DNA of 38,051 nt from a virus (lineage: Duplodnaviria; Caudoviricetes). The notes below the pieces were generated by a model, which did not search any database, was not told where the DNA came from, and saw only the letters and a program-made list of their open reading frames with translations. The DNA lies in the IMG/VR virus record IMGVR_UViG_3300025018_000290, positions 1 to 38,051 of that record; one strand, given 5' to 3'. Position numbers and translations under genes: made by a program. Below, one piece after another: positions 18,509 through 27,627 of this stretch (positions are counted from its first letter, which is position 1; each line of letters begins with the position of its first letter).

Positions 18509-19897
18509 TTGGAAAATGAAGTTGCAGTGTTGGTTAATGAAAATGAAGTAAAAGATCATAGAAAAGAATATTTTGAACAAATAAAAAATAATGGTAAATA
18601 TGAAATAAATAAAGAACTAGCCACTGCTCTATTAGCTATTGAATTTGGTAATAAAAATATAATTATTTCTGGTTCAGCTGGAACTGGTAAAAGCACGTTT
18701 ATAGAACTATTTCAAGAATATACTAGAAAGTCTTATGGACTATTCGCACCTACAGGTGTTGCCTCTTTAAACATTGGAGGGGTTACATTACATTCTTTTT
18801 TTGGATTAAGTATAGGTATAGCAGACAAATTTGATTTTAATAGAAGCGATGAAAAAAGAGAAATAATAAATAAATTAGATGTATTTATTATTGATGAAAT
18901 TTCAATGGTAAGATCAGATGTAATTGATGCAATAGACTATCAGCTTAAATATTTCACTGGCAACTTTGACCAACCTTTTGGTGGAAAAAAAATGGTTTTC
19001 ATAGGGGATCTTTTTCAGCTTCCCCCGATTGTTCAAAAAGGAACATTAGAAGAAAAAATAATTCTTGAAGCATATTCAACCCCTTGGTTTTTTGGGGCAG
19101 ATATAGGAGAATTTGTTTTTATAATTTTTGAAAAAATTTATAGACAAAACTCAAAAGAATTAATATCTACTTTAAATAGAATAAGAGTTGGAACTCAAAC
19201 AGATGATGATTTAAAATATTTAAATAAAAGAACTTTATTTAGTAGCCTGCCAGATAAAACAATATTTCTTACTACCACAAGAGCTAAAGCAGATGAAAAG
19301 AATTTTGTTAATTTGAATAAAATTCAAGATAAATCTTTTTATTATTCTGCAAAAGTTAATGGCGAGTTTCCAGAAACAATAATGCCAACCAAAACTCTTT
19401 TAGAGCTTAAGATAGGCGCACAGGTAATGTTTGTTAAAAATCATAAAGATGGTTCATGGTTTAACGGAACAATAGGTAGAATAGTAGGCATAGAAGTTTT
19501 TGATGGCTCTGATATAATTTTAGTAGAAGATGAATATGGAGAACTAAAAAAAGTTTCTATTGAAAAATGGGAAAACTATAAATATGTTTTAGAGTTTGAT
19601 AGGCCAAAAAAGAAAATTGTTGGAGAGTTCTATCAATATCCATTAATTTTGGCTTGGGCGATAACCATTCATAAATCACAATCAAAAACTTATGAAAATA
19701 TTTATATTGATTTAGGAAGAGGAATGTTTGCTGCTGGTCAAGCGTATGTTGCTTTAAGCAGGTGTAAAACTTTAGAAGGAATACACTTAAGTAGACCTCT
19801 TAGAAAGAGCGATATTATAGTTGATAATGATGTAAGAAAATTCTTTTTAAAGAATTTTTATGAAGAGAAAGAGGAAGTAAAAAAGATTGAAAATTGA
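18509..19897 (+). CDS. Pif1/RecD2-like SF1B helicase
   Basis: GSAGTGKS, APTGVA, TLHSFF, IIDEISMV, GDLFQLPP, LKIGAQVMF, LAWAITIHKSQ, GQAYVALSR. Confidence 0.9.
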   Translation: MENEVAVLVNENEVKDHRKEYFEQIKNNGKYEINKELATALLAIEFGNKNIIISGSAGTGKSTFIELFQEYTRKSYGLFAPTGVASLNIGGVTLHSFFGLSIGIADKFDFNRSDEKREIINKLDVFIIDEISMVRSDVIDAIDYQLKYFTGNFDQPFGGKKMVFIGDLFQLPPIVQKGTLEEKIILEAYSTPWFFGADIGEFVFIIFEKIYRQNSKELISTLNRIRVGTQTDDDLKYLNKRTLFSSLPDKTIFLTTTRAKADEKNFVNLNKIQDKSFYYSAKVNGEFPETIMPTKTLLELKIGAQVMFVKNHKDGSWFNGTIGRIVGIEVFDGSDIILVEDEYGELKKVSIEKWENYKYVLEFDRPKKKIVGEFYQYPLILAWAITIHKSQSKTYENIYIDLGRGMFAAGQAYVALSRCKTLEGIHLSRPLRKSDIIVDNDVRKFFLKNFYEEKEEVKKIEN

Positions 19898-20417
19898 AAA
19901 CAGTGTTCTTCAACAGAAAGTAATAGAAAAAGATTATAATTTTATTTTAGATAAGGCTTATCAAATAGCCTCAAGTATAGTAAGCTCTCCACAAAAAGGT
20001 ATTAATGTTTTTGATTATGAGCAAAGAGAAGACTTAGTTCAGGAAAGTGTTTCTCATATTTATAAAAATCTTATAGAGAACAAAATAAATCCAGAAAAGA
20101 ATGTTTTTAATTTTATTTATACTTCATGTAGAAATAAAATTATAGAAAACCTAAGAGTTACTTCAAGAAGAAAAAGAATAAGATATTTTGAACAATACGA
20201 TGAAACGGCTGATGAATTCAAAAAAATTAAAACAGAAGAAGAACACGACACGGTAAGGGAAACTATGAAAGTTTTTGAATATAATAGAAATTATATTATA
20301 TTTGAACCAAATGACATAGAAAAGAATAAACGACTTTTTAAAAAGAAACTCAAAGAAATTAAAAAAAATATTGACGAGAATAATTTAACAAGAAAAACTT
20401 TCTATATGGTAATTTAA
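19887..20417 (+). CDS. truncated sigma factor, T4 gp55-like (region 2 only)
   Basis: REDLVQE.......INPEKNVFNFIYTSCRNKII..LR resembles sigma region 2; no region-4 HTH apparent. Confidence 0.6.
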   Translation: MKIENSVLQQKVIEKDYNFILDKAYQIASSIVSSPQKGINVFDYEQREDLVQESVSHIYKNLIENKINPEKNVFNFIYTSCRNKIIENLRVTSRRKRIRYFEQYDETADEFKKIKTEEEHDTVRETMKVFEYNRNYIIFEPNDIEKNKRLFKKKLKEIKKNIDENNLTRKTFYMVI

Positions 20418-21925
20418 TGGCAATAAAAATAATAAAAGAAGTAACAGTAAAAGATTTAAAAAAGTTTCTCTATAAGATAAATTTATCAGATGAAAATCTC
20501 TATAGAGAAGCTAATAATCCAAATATGATTGGAGTTTTCCAACTTACATCTGATACTTCTTCCAAAATCCTTAAGGAAGTAAGACCTAAAAACTTTGATG
20601 AAATATGTGCAATATCTTCTTTGGCAAGACCAGGAACTATAGAATTTGTTCCTGATTATATTAAGAATAAAGAAACTGGATCTAGTAAGTATCCTGAAAT
20701 TATTTCAGATCTTCTAAAAGAAACCCACTCTGTAGTATTATACCAAGAACAGATTATGTCAATTTTTAATAAAATTGGTGGATTTAGTCTTGATAGAACT
20801 AACTACATAAGAGGGCTAATGAAGAAGCTTGGTAAGAAAGAGAAAAAACAAGAAGATGTTGATGCGTGGAATAAAGAAGTAGAAAAATTTAAAGAAGGTG
20901 CTAGACTAAAAGGATTAACAGATAGAGAATCCGATGAAGTTGCAGATGACCTTTTAAGGCTTTCTTCTTATAGTTTTAATAAATCACACGCCGTTGCTTA
21001 TTCCTATATTGGAATGATGAACTTATATCTTTCTTATTACTTTAGAAAATATTATTATTCTTCTGTTTTGTCTTATGAAGTAGATAGAGATAAATCTATA
21101 GGCGATGTTTTTAAGCTTGTAAAAGAGCAAGGGTTTATTGTTAATCCGCCAGATGTAAATAATTCTGATTATAAGATTTTTCCAACTGATGCGAACAGAG
21201 AACTTGTTTATGGTTTAATTGATATTAAAGGTGTTGGAGAAAAAGCTATTCCTTCTATAATAGAAAATAGGCCATATAAAGACTTGTTTGATTTTTATAT
21301 AAAAACTCAAGGAAAAGGGGTTAATGCTACTGTAATAAAATCTTTAATCTGTTCTGGCGCTTTTGATTTTTATGATAAGAATAGAAAAAAGCTCTTAGAA
21401 GTTTTTATTGATTTTAGTGAAAAGAAGAAGTCAAAAAAAGATCCTGCTACTTTATTTTCTATATTTAAAGAGTGCGAAAAAGAAAAAGCAGATGTAGTAA
21501 CAACTAATGAAGATTTAATAGAATACGAGAAAACATTTTTAGGGGCAAATATTTTTACTTCTCTTTTTAATGAAAAAATGAATAAAGTATTTTTAGAGAT
21601 GGAAGAAAAAAGTCTTATAAAAACAAATTTGGAAAAGGTTACAATAGGAGCATCTAGAGTTCCAGTTATAATAACAAGAAAGCATGAATTAAACGATAAG
21701 AACGGAAACCCTATGTGTTTTATCGAATTTGAGGATATGCACGGGAATAGAGATTCGGTTCCTATATTTTCTTCCTATTTTAAGTTTCTTGAGCCTTTTG
21801 AAGTGAATTGTGTTTACCTTATTTCTCTGTATAGAAAAGAAGGTAAGATTATGTTTGGAACAAGTAAATATGAAGATAGAGAAGAGCCTATAAAAAGATT
21901 TGTAAAGAAGATAAAGGGAGATTAA
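20417..21925 (+). CDS. dnaE: DNA polymerase III alpha, fragment 3 (fingers, HhH, OB fold)
   Basis: IGVFQL, SLARPG, ETH.V.LYQEQIM, YSFNKSHAVAYS, PPDVNNS, GL.DIKGVGE, LI.SGAFD, K.GNPM.FIEFED; TAATG coupling to the sigma gene. Confidence 0.9.
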   Translation: MAIKIIKEVTVKDLKKFLYKINLSDENLYREANNPNMIGVFQLTSDTSSKILKEVRPKNFDEICAISSLARPGTIEFVPDYIKNKETGSSKYPEIISDLLKETHSVVLYQEQIMSIFNKIGGFSLDRTNYIRGLMKKLGKKEKKQEDVDAWNKEVEKFKEGARLKGLTDRESDEVADDLLRLSSYSFNKSHAVAYSYIGMMNLYLSYYFRKYYYSSVLSYEVDRDKSIGDVFKLVKEQGFIVNPPDVNNSDYKIFPTDANRELVYGLIDIKGVGEKAIPSIIENRPYKDLFDFYIKTQGKGVNATVIKSLICSGAFDFYDKNRKKLLEVFIDFSEKKKSKKDPATLFSIFKECEKEKADVVTTNEDLIEYEKTFLGANIFTSLFNEKMNKVFLEMEEKSLIKTNLEKVTIGASRVPVIITRKHELNDKNGNPMCFIEFEDMHGNRDSVPIFSSYFKFLEPFEVNCVYLISLYRKEGKIMFGTSKYEDREEPIKRFVKKIKGD

Positions 21926-21927
21926 AT

Positions 21928-22125
21928 ATGGCCGAGATTATAAAAATTAATACTTTTGGAAACCAAGAACAAGAGTGGGAAATGGAGCAGAAGGAAGTAG
22001 CTCCATCAGGAAAAGTTCTTGTTACTCTTACTAATGTTAAAACAAGAGAAATAAAAGAAGGATTTATAAAATCTCTATACTCTTCTGGTAAATATGAGAT
22101 AGAAATTATTAGCGGTAAAAAATGA
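21928..22125 (+). CDS. hypothetical protein
   Basis: 65-aa ORF, SD GGGAG. Confidence 0.5.
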   Translation: MAEIIKINTFGNQEQEWEMEQKEVAPSGKVLVTLTNVKTREIKEGFIKSLYSSGKYEIEIISGKK

Positions 22126-22760
22126 GCATATTAGAAGAAAAAGTATTAGTTCTCAATAAAAATTTTTCTCCAATTAATGTGGTTAATGTAAGAGAAGCTA
22201 TTCATAAAGTATTTTCTGGAATAGCGGAAATAATAGAAGTTTCAGAAAAAGTATTTCAAATTTATGATTTCCATTCTTGGTCAGAAATGTCTCTGCTAAA
22301 AGCAGAGCTTGATGAAATTGGCAATGAAAAACTTATACGCTCCCAGTCAATTGTTTTTGAAGTTCCTAGAATTATAAGGGTTTTAAAATATTCTAAAAAG
22401 TATAATGGATCTGTAAGACTTACTAGAATAAATGTTTTAAAAAGAGACAAGTTCCAATGTCAATATTGCGGAGAGAAAAAGGAAAAAGAAAAACTTACAA
22501 TAGATCATATAATTCCACTTTCAAAAGGCGGGAAAACTATTTGGAGTAATGTTGTTACTGCTTGTTATCATTGTAATTCAGTAATAAAAAAAGATAAAAA
22601 ATTAGAAGAAACTGGACTTACTCTTATAAAAAAACCAGAAATTCCAGATTTTTTAAGAATGATAATTTATGATGCAAAACATCCTCTTCACAGAGAAAAA
22701 TATTCTTGCTGGGGAAATTTTATCAGCGAAGTATATTGGAATATAGAGTTAGAGGAATAA
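22122..22760 (+). CDS. HNH endonuclease (McrA-like)
   Basis: VLVLN..FSP, P.IIR, RD.FQCQYCG, TIDHIIP.SKGG...WSNVVTAC..CN. Confidence 0.85.
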   Translation: MSILEEKVLVLNKNFSPINVVNVREAIHKVFSGIAEIIEVSEKVFQIYDFHSWSEMSLLKAELDEIGNEKLIRSQSIVFEVPRIIRVLKYSKKYNGSVRLTRINVLKRDKFQCQYCGEKKEKEKLTIDHIIPLSKGGKTIWSNVVTACYHCNSVIKKDKKLEETGLTLIKKPEIPDFLRMIIYDAKHPLHREKYSCWGNFISEVYWNIELEE

Positions 22761-22763
22761 ACT

Positions 22764-23117
22764 ATGATTGAGCTTTATAAAAAAATAAAATTAAAAAGCG
22801 GAAAGATTGTTATGCCTATAGAAGTAGATAAAGAATACTTTATAGCAATAGACGCAGATGGTAAAAATAACACTTATTCTTTTAGTGAGTTAAAAGAAGA
22901 GAAAAAAGAAAGTAGCAATAATGTAATAACTATAAAACCCACTTTCATAGAAGATAGTTTCTTTGAAATTCCAGAAGAAAAAGAAGTAGTAGAGGAAAAA
23001 GAACAGGAAGTAAAAGTAGTTCCAAAAGTTGAACCAAAAAAAGAGGTAAAGGTAATTCAGGAAAAGAAAAAAGAAATTCAAAACGATGGTTTCTTTGACG
23101 ATGAATATGATATTTAA
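22764..23117 (+). CDS. hypothetical protein
   Basis: 117-aa ORF, SD GAGG; K/E-rich C-half. Confidence 0.55.
   Translation: MIELYKKIKLKSGKIVMPIEVDKEYFIAIDADGKNNTYSFSELKEEKKESSNNVITIKPTFIEDSFFEIPEEKEVVEEKEQEVKVVPKVEPKKEVKVIQEKKKEIQNDGFFDDEYDI
23046..23055 (+). promoter_or_regulatory. putative late promoter GTAAAGGTAA (intragenic)
   Basis: Motif copy about 75 nt before the MKLSDLIKE gene. Confidence 0.4.
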
Positions 23118-23129
23118 TGGAGTTATACT

Positions 23130-23480
23130 ATGAAACTTTCTGATTTAATAAAAGAGCAACTTGATATAAATTCTGATAAAAAGGTGGTTGAACTTCAAAA
23201 CAGGCTAATCTCAGAAAAAAATGCTAAAATTATGCAAGCAGAAGAAGAGATTGAAGAAAGAAGAAAAGAGCTAGAAAAGCAAGAGGCAGAACAAGAAAAG
23301 AAGCAACTAGAAGCTGAAAAAGATTTAGAAGAAAAAGAAAAAAAGATAAAACTTCCAGTGTTAAGAAGGCCAAGTGGAGTTCAAAAAAATGTAAATACAA
23401 AAGTTCCTTTAATAAAGGAAAAAGTAACGCCACCTACAATGAACTCTGCACCAGGAGCAAATTACACCCCAGCCCAGTAG
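23130..23480 (+). CDS. small coiled-coil protein with capsid-targeting-like N-terminus
   Basis: Starts MKLSDLIKEQ; SD GGAG. Confidence 0.55.
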   Translation: MKLSDLIKEQLDINSDKKVVELQNRLISEKNAKIMQAEEEIEERRKELEKQEAEQEKKQLEAEKDLEEKEKKIKLPVLRRPSGVQKNVNTKVPLIKEKVTPPTMNSAPGANYTPAQ

Positions 23481-23502
23481 TAGATAAACCAGTGGAGAGA
23501 AG

Positions 23503-24216
23503 ATGCAAAAAACAATAACGCTTGGTGAACAAAAAAAACAAATAGATGATTATGAAGATATAGCTATAGAAATAGCTATATCGTATAAAAAATATTACGA
23601 TATTTATAAAAGAAATTCTGGAAAACACTCAAATCTCTTCTATGTGAAAAAAGATCAAAGTTCAAATGATAAAATAAAGAACCACAAATGGTTCGAAGCA
23701 TTCTTAATAACAGCTAAAAGATATGGAATACAAGATGATTTTAATCCTGAGTATTTTGTCAGAGCTATATTTGAAAAGAATGGATTTGTATACCCTCATC
23801 AACTAAAGACACAAAGATCTTGGAATGATTATAAAGATCTTATAAAAATTTATAAAGAAAAAGAACAAGAAGCAAAAATTCCTTTCATTAAAAAAGTAGT
23901 TCCAAAATGTTCAAGAACATTCTCGCTCCTAAAGTATTTAGGAGGAGCCACTAATTTCATTGACAAAAATAAAAATTTAATATTAAATAATTCTATTGAA
24001 ATATTTCCTTTAATATATTCTAAAAACTTTAGAGACTGGATAAGCAGAACTCAAGAAGAAAGTTTAGAAACAACAATGAAGATAAGAAAAATAATTTCAA
24101 TAACTATACCTCTTATAAATAATAGCGAAGATTTAGAGGAGAGGAATAAAATAAAAAAAGAAATAATGGACAGCTTAGGTCCAGATGATTATACGGAGGA
24201 AGTTTGGAACATTTAG
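23503..24216 (+). CDS. hypothetical protein
   Basis: 237-aa ORF, SD GGAG. Confidence 0.6.
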   Translation: MQKTITLGEQKKQIDDYEDIAIEIAISYKKYYDIYKRNSGKHSNLFYVKKDQSSNDKIKNHKWFEAFLITAKRYGIQDDFNPEYFVRAIFEKNGFVYPHQLKTQRSWNDYKDLIKIYKEKEQEAKIPFIKKVVPKCSRTFSLLKYLGGATNFIDKNKNLILNNSIEIFPLIYSKNFRDWISRTQEESLETTMKIRKIISITIPLINNSEDLEERNKIKKEIMDSLGPDDYTEEVWNI

Positions 24217-25067
24217 TTATGCTTGATGCTATGAATAGCATTTATATGTCTTTCTTTCAAGCAAAGAGGCAATTGAAAGAAAATGAAGGGATAGAGGATT
24301 TTACAGAAAAACATATACCATTTTTTTTACATGTGTATTTACAAAAGCTTAATAGGCTTTTCTCTACTTACAAAAGAATAGTAATATGTCAAGAAGGTAT
24401 TAATTCTACAAAATGGAGAAAAGAAATTTATCCAGCTTATAAGCAAAACAGAGACGAGAAAAAGGATACTGAAGAACATAAGATTTTTGTATCTTCTCTT
24501 AGGCTTATAGAAGAAATATTTAACTATTATCCATGTAAGGTTATGAAGGTTGATAACTGTGAAGCAGATGATGTGATATTTACCCTATCTGTTCATTTAA
24601 AAGATAAGTGGGATAAAATTACTGTTCTCACCACTGATAGAGATTTAGTTCAAATTATAAACCATAATCCTAAAGCAGAAATCTTTAATCCAATTACCTC
24701 AGTATATTATGAAGCAGATTCTCATATTATAGAAAGAAAATCTATTGTTGGAGACACCAGCGATAACATTCAAGGCTTATATAGAGTTGGAGAAAAAACA
24801 TTTGAAAAGATGTTGGTTGACAATCTTTTATGGCAAAAAAAGATGAATGAAGGAAATAACTTCGAAGTATTTGAAAAGACAAAGCAAATAGTTGATCTTT
24901 CAAAATTTCCAGATGATTATAGAAAAGAAATTATAAAGCAATGGGAAGAAAAAGATTTTAATGAATTTAAGCCAGATGATCTTGAAGTGTTCTTTTGGGA
25001 GAATAAATTATCGTATATGATTGATAAGTGGGGGACAATGAGAAATGAAATCTTGGTGGAGGGATAG
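24204..25067 (+). CDS. rnh: T4 RNase H-like 5'-3' exonuclease
   Basis: LD..N, WRKEIYPAYKQNR, EADDVI, TDRDL.Q, GDTSDNIQG...VGEKT. Confidence 0.88.
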   Translation: MEHLVMLDAMNSIYMSFFQAKRQLKENEGIEDFTEKHIPFFLHVYLQKLNRLFSTYKRIVICQEGINSTKWRKEIYPAYKQNRDEKKDTEEHKIFVSSLRLIEEIFNYYPCKVMKVDNCEADDVIFTLSVHLKDKWDKITVLTTDRDLVQIINHNPKAEIFNPITSVYYEADSHIIERKSIVGDTSDNIQGLYRVGEKTFEKMLVDNLLWQKKMNEGNNFEVFEKTKQIVDLSKFPDDYRKEIIKQWEEKDFNEFKPDDLEVFFWENKLSYMIDKWGTMRNEILVEG

Positions 25068-25069
25068 CA

Positions 25070-25396
25070 ATGAAAGAAAGCTATAAGGATCTGGAAAAGA
25101 AAGTAAGAGAACTTGCTGAGGATGACATAAAGAAAGTTCTTAAAGAAAGGGGGTGTGAAAACTCTTTTAATTATGTCATAAAAAGAATTGTAGGCAAGTC
25201 AATTTTTGAAGATGTTTCAACATCAGATTACGATGCTATAGAAGTCACTAATATAACCAAAGATAGTGGTTTTAGAAATAGAATGAAGATTGTAATAGAT
25301 AGACTTGAAGAAGATGGAAGTAAAAGCAGATTTTTTATGAGCTTTTTATTTACCGATAAAAATCATGTATTAGATGAAACAGAAGGAGTGTATTGA
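25070..25396 (+). CDS. hypothetical protein
   Basis: 108-aa ORF, SD GGAGG. Confidence 0.55.
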   Translation: MKESYKDLEKKVRELAEDDIKKVLKERGCENSFNYVIKRIVGKSIFEDVSTSDYDAIEVTNITKDSGFRNRMKIVIDRLEEDGSKSRFFMSFLFTDKNHVLDETEGVY

Positions 25397-25644
25397 TGAG
25401 AAAGACAGCATTGAAGAAAAAGTTTGGAAGCAGAAAGAAAATGTTTAAAGCTTTAAGAGATAATGGTAAGCTCCATTATTTTACTGATAGTAAAGGGAAT
25501 GAAATTGCTCTTAATCTTTTTAAGAGATTTCTTATAAAAGGCAACTATTCTTTCCCTGAGTATCAAAAAGAATTTACAAGATTTAAGTCAGAGGTAATGA
25601 ATACTATTAGAGAAAATATTCAAAGATCCGCTGAGGAAGAATGA
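25393..25644 (+). CDS. hypothetical basic protein
   Basis: 83-aa ORF, SD AAGGAG. Confidence 0.55.
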   Translation: MMRKTALKKKFGSRKKMFKALRDNGKLHYFTDSKGNEIALNLFKRFLIKGNYSFPEYQKEFTRFKSEVMNTIRENIQRSAEEE

Positions 25645-26057
25645 TTGTTTTCTTGAGGTAAAGAAGAATTTATTTCTTCTAAGTCTCTAACAGTATAGCC
25701 CTGTGGTAAGGTTTGGTTTCGAGTTACTTCGTTGAACGTATCTCTTGCCTTATTACCACCGACAAATAAAGAAGCTATAGTTAAAGAAACTGTCGCTATT
25801 GTTGCTAATGGAATTTCTAAAACTATTTCAGAAATTTTAACTTGCTCAATAAGATTGTTTTGAATTAAGTATTGGAAAAAATATCTTCTAGAAAAGAAAT
25901 CAAAAATCCAAGCAATTGGATTTAGTGCGACTACCAAAAGAGTTACCCAAAGAGTTCTTGATTTCCATTTGTTGGAATAATGAGCGCTTTTAGTTTCTGA
26001 ATGTATTAATCTTTTGTTGTCTTCTAAAAGCTTCTTTTCTACTTCTTTATTTGCCAT
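25620..26057 (-). CDS. two-TM membrane protein, holin candidate
   Basis: KWKSRTLWVTLLV resembles the KxKSRKFW start of many small phage holins; second TM IPLATIATVSLTIASLFVGGN; late motif upstream. Confidence 0.45.
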   Translation of the reverse strand: MANKEVEKKLLEDNKRLIHSETKSAHYSNKWKSRTLWVTLLVVALNPIAWIFDFFSRRYFFQYLIQNNLIEQVKISEIVLEIPLATIATVSLTIASLFVGGNKARDTFNEVTRNQTLPQGYTVRDLEEINSSLPQENNHSSSADL

Positions 26058-26083
26058 GTTTTGTTTCCTATAAAAAATATAAA

Positions 26084-26093
26084 TTAACTTTTC
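26084..26093 (-). promoter_or_regulatory. putative late promoter GAAAAGTTAA
   Basis: One mismatch to the motif, 26 nt upstream of the start. Confidence 0.5.
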
Positions 26094-26108
26094 TAAACGG
26101 AGAAAAAA

Positions 26109-26354
26109 ATGATCGAATTATCACAAACAGAAAAAGAACAAGCGGAAGGTGCCATTGAAGAGTGGATGGATGTTCAAGATAGAATTGCTCAAGTAAAACT
26201 TGAAGGTTCTTCTATTGAAGAAAATATAGCAACTTTGGTTAGACTAAAGAAAGCTGATGTTAAATCTTACCTTACAGATTTAAAGAATAGAAAAGAGGGA
26301 ACATCTGTTACAAAAGTAGATGTAATTCAAGAAATGAGAGAAACATTCGAATAA
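26109..26354 (+). CDS. small helical protein, possibly T4 DsbA/GapR-like dsDNA-binding protein
   Basis: 81-aa helical pattern; weak similarity by eye; near rnh as in T4. Confidence 0.35.
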   Translation: MIELSQTEKEQAEGAIEEWMDVQDRIAQVKLEGSSIEENIATLVRLKKADVKSYLTDLKNRKEGTSVTKVDVIQEMRETFE

Positions 26355-26358
26355 AAAA

Positions 26359-26368
26359 GTAAAGTTAA
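26359..26368 (+). promoter_or_regulatory. putative late promoter GTAAAGTTAA
   Basis: Exact motif 4 nt before the ATG at 26373; no SD. Confidence 0.6.
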
Positions 26369-26372
26369 GAGA

Positions 26373-27263
26373 ATGAAATTTGAACAACTATTAGAAAGCT
26401 CCAGAGCTGGAGAAAAATTATATCACTCTACCATGCTTTGGACTATGTATAATATTTTAAATTCAGGTGTCCTAAAAGGAACTCAATACGAAAAAAGCGC
26501 AACTGGTAAAATTGGAGATTGTGCTGAGCCAGAAATTTGCACAATGCGAGAAACTACTTTCAATAGAGTTGCTAAAAGTGGGAAATTATTTGGCCAGCTT
26601 TCTGGTAGCACGGGAGCAGCTGTTTTTATTTTAACGCCAGAAGATATAATTGCGAAAGAGAGAGGCGTTAAAATAAAACCTATAGGAGAACTTCCTAGAG
26701 ACTCCAGTGAAAGACTTTTAAGAGATTTAAAAGAATTCGGTTTTAGTGAACCAAGTAAAGAATTAAAAAGAATAAGTTCTCTTATAGTAAACAAATTAAA
26801 AAATATAAAGTCAATGGAAGATCACTTTTCTTTTATGAGAAAAATTATATCTATTCTGAATAACGATAAAAGCTATAAAGATAAAGAAAAATTCGTTAAC
26901 TCAATAGCTGGAGATTTGGCTACGCTTTTACGCTTTCAATCTCTAAAAAGAGAAGGTGAAGAAAGGGTGATTTTTTCAGAAAAGAATAAAAGTAAAGGTT
27001 TAGAAGTAAATAAAACTAAAATTACTTTTATACCAAGTAAAGAAGCTATAGATTCCGAAGTAGAAGATTGGGAATATGACTACGAAGATAAAAAAGAAAA
27101 ATTAGAGCCAATAAAAAAATTGGAAATAATAATACAAACTTTAAATTCTGATAGATATAAAGATATAATTATAAAAGATGATAAGTTTAGAAAAACGCTA
27201 GAACTTCTTAATAAAAAGAAAGAAGAGTTATCTAGTAAAAATGTTGACAATAAAAAATTTTAA
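26373..27263 (+). CDS. putative ADP-ribosyltransferase-fold protein with capsid-targeting-like N-terminus
   Basis: MKFEQLLE; LYHST....NILNSGVL, ICTMR, AVFIL, EGEER order matches ART strands. Confidence 0.5.
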   Translation: MKFEQLLESSRAGEKLYHSTMLWTMYNILNSGVLKGTQYEKSATGKIGDCAEPEICTMRETTFNRVAKSGKLFGQLSGSTGAAVFILTPEDIIAKERGVKIKPIGELPRDSSERLLRDLKEFGFSEPSKELKRISSLIVNKLKNIKSMEDHFSFMRKIISILNNDKSYKDKEKFVNSIAGDLATLLRFQSLKREGEERVIFSEKNKSKGLEVNKTKITFIPSKEAIDSEVEDWEYDYEDKKEKLEPIKKLEIIIQTLNSDRYKDIIIKDDKFRKTLELLNKKKEELSSKNVDNKKF

Positions 27264-27272
27264 TAATAATAT
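27244..27272 (+). promoter_or_regulatory. sigma70-type promoter TTGACA-N17-TAATAT
   Basis: Consensus -35, 17-bp spacer, overlapping the end of the previous gene. Confidence 0.7.
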
Positions 27273-27290
27273 TATTAAACTGGAGAGTAT

Positions 27291-27617
27291 ATGAGCGATG
27301 ATTTAAGAAGTTGGTATTCTAAAAACTATGGAGAACAGCAAACTAGCCCTGAAGTTCAGAGTTCTCCTATTGCTGCTCCAGAAGTAGTAAAGGTTGCTAC
27401 CATTGAAGTTGAAAAACAAGAACAGGGCGAAGAAAAAACCAATAAAGAAGAAGTCAAAGAAGATATGTCTATTGAAATAGCTCTTGCTTTATCTGGTATG
27501 CTAAAGAGAAATATTTATACTCTTGCAGCAGGGGGCGTAGATAAAGAGAAAGAAGAAAAAATTAAGTTGAAAATTTCTGAAATTCTGGAGAAGATTAAAA
27601 AAGAAATTTTCAAATAG
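27291..27617 (+). CDS. hypothetical protein
   Basis: 108-aa ORF, SD GGAG. Confidence 0.55.
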   Translation: MSDDLRSWYSKNYGEQQTSPEVQSSPIAAPEVVKVATIEVEKQEQGEEKTNKEEVKEDMSIEIALALSGMLKRNIYTLAAGGVDKEKEEKIKLKISEILEKIKKEIFK

Positions 27618-27627
27618 GGAGAAAAAA

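Noticed and set aside
17240-20470. Functional split intein or group I intron joining DnaE fragments 2 and 3
   Set aside because: No Cys/Ser1 block A or HN-C/S/T terminus; the intervening DNA is fully occupied by ordinary genes with no room for a ribozyme core
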